Shown: positions 33,985 to 34,060 of the stretch, piece by piece
How the letters are laid out: each line of letters begins with the position of its first letter
How positions within the stretch are numbered: the stretch's first letter is position 1
The notes under the pieces: model-generated
Told to the model about the DNA's origin: nothing
What the model saw: the letters and a program-made list of their open reading frames with translations, nothing else
Database searches by the model: none
IMG/VR virus record: IMGVR_UViG_3300032274_000030
Coordinates: 1-34,060 of that record
DNA: 34,060 nt
Origin: a virus
Lineage: Duplodnaviria > Caudoviricetes
Strand: one strand, 5' to 3'
Position numbers and translations under genes: made by a program

Positions 33985-34060
33985 TGGTGGGTCGTGCGGG
34001 GTTCGAACCTGCGACAAATGGATTAAAAGTCCACTGCTCTACCAACTGAGCTAACGACCC
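33985..34060 (-). tRNA. tRNA-Lys(UUU)
   Basis: 76 nt GGGTCGTTAGCTCAGTTGGTAGAGCAGTGGACTTTTAATCCATTTGTCGCAGGTTCGAACCCCGCACGACCCACCA. Anticodon TTT, encoded CCA. Confidence 0.97.

Noticed and set aside
33985-34060. tRNA as an integrase attachment site for this prophage
   Set aside because: No integrase and no tRNA 3' duplication. TG...CA ends and the 5-bp TSD explain the insertion.

Overview
The window is almost exactly one Mu-like (transposable) prophage of a probable betaproteobacterium. It spans 128..33933, has TG...CA ends and a 5-bp CTTAA target duplication, and sits about 50 bp downstream of a minus-strand tRNA-Lys(UUU). Gene order is Mu/B3-like: repressor; transposase fragment; MuB; early accessory genes; GemA and Mor; a lipoprotein moron; a c4-RNA/Rha cassette; lysis; terminase; portal; MuF; gpG; protease/scaffold; capsid; a non-contractile tail with a -1 frameshifted chaperone; tape measure; tail tip; Com; and a Dam-type methylase. 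ner and most of the transposase are deleted, while the virion genes look intact. The most notable points are: (1) a MuF protein fused to a PBECR-like nuclease domain with no protein immunity gene, followed by a convergently promoted ~72-nt three-way-junction RNA (candidate RNA antitoxin); (2) a candidate inverted one-component spanin with a C-terminal beta-strand anchor; (3) a tail-fibre gene with a DGR-type variable region but no RT or template repeat; (4) two matching late promoters that predict leaderless mRNAs; (5) a second structured minus-strand RNA upstream of com. All family assignments come from motif recognition and synteny, not database searches.
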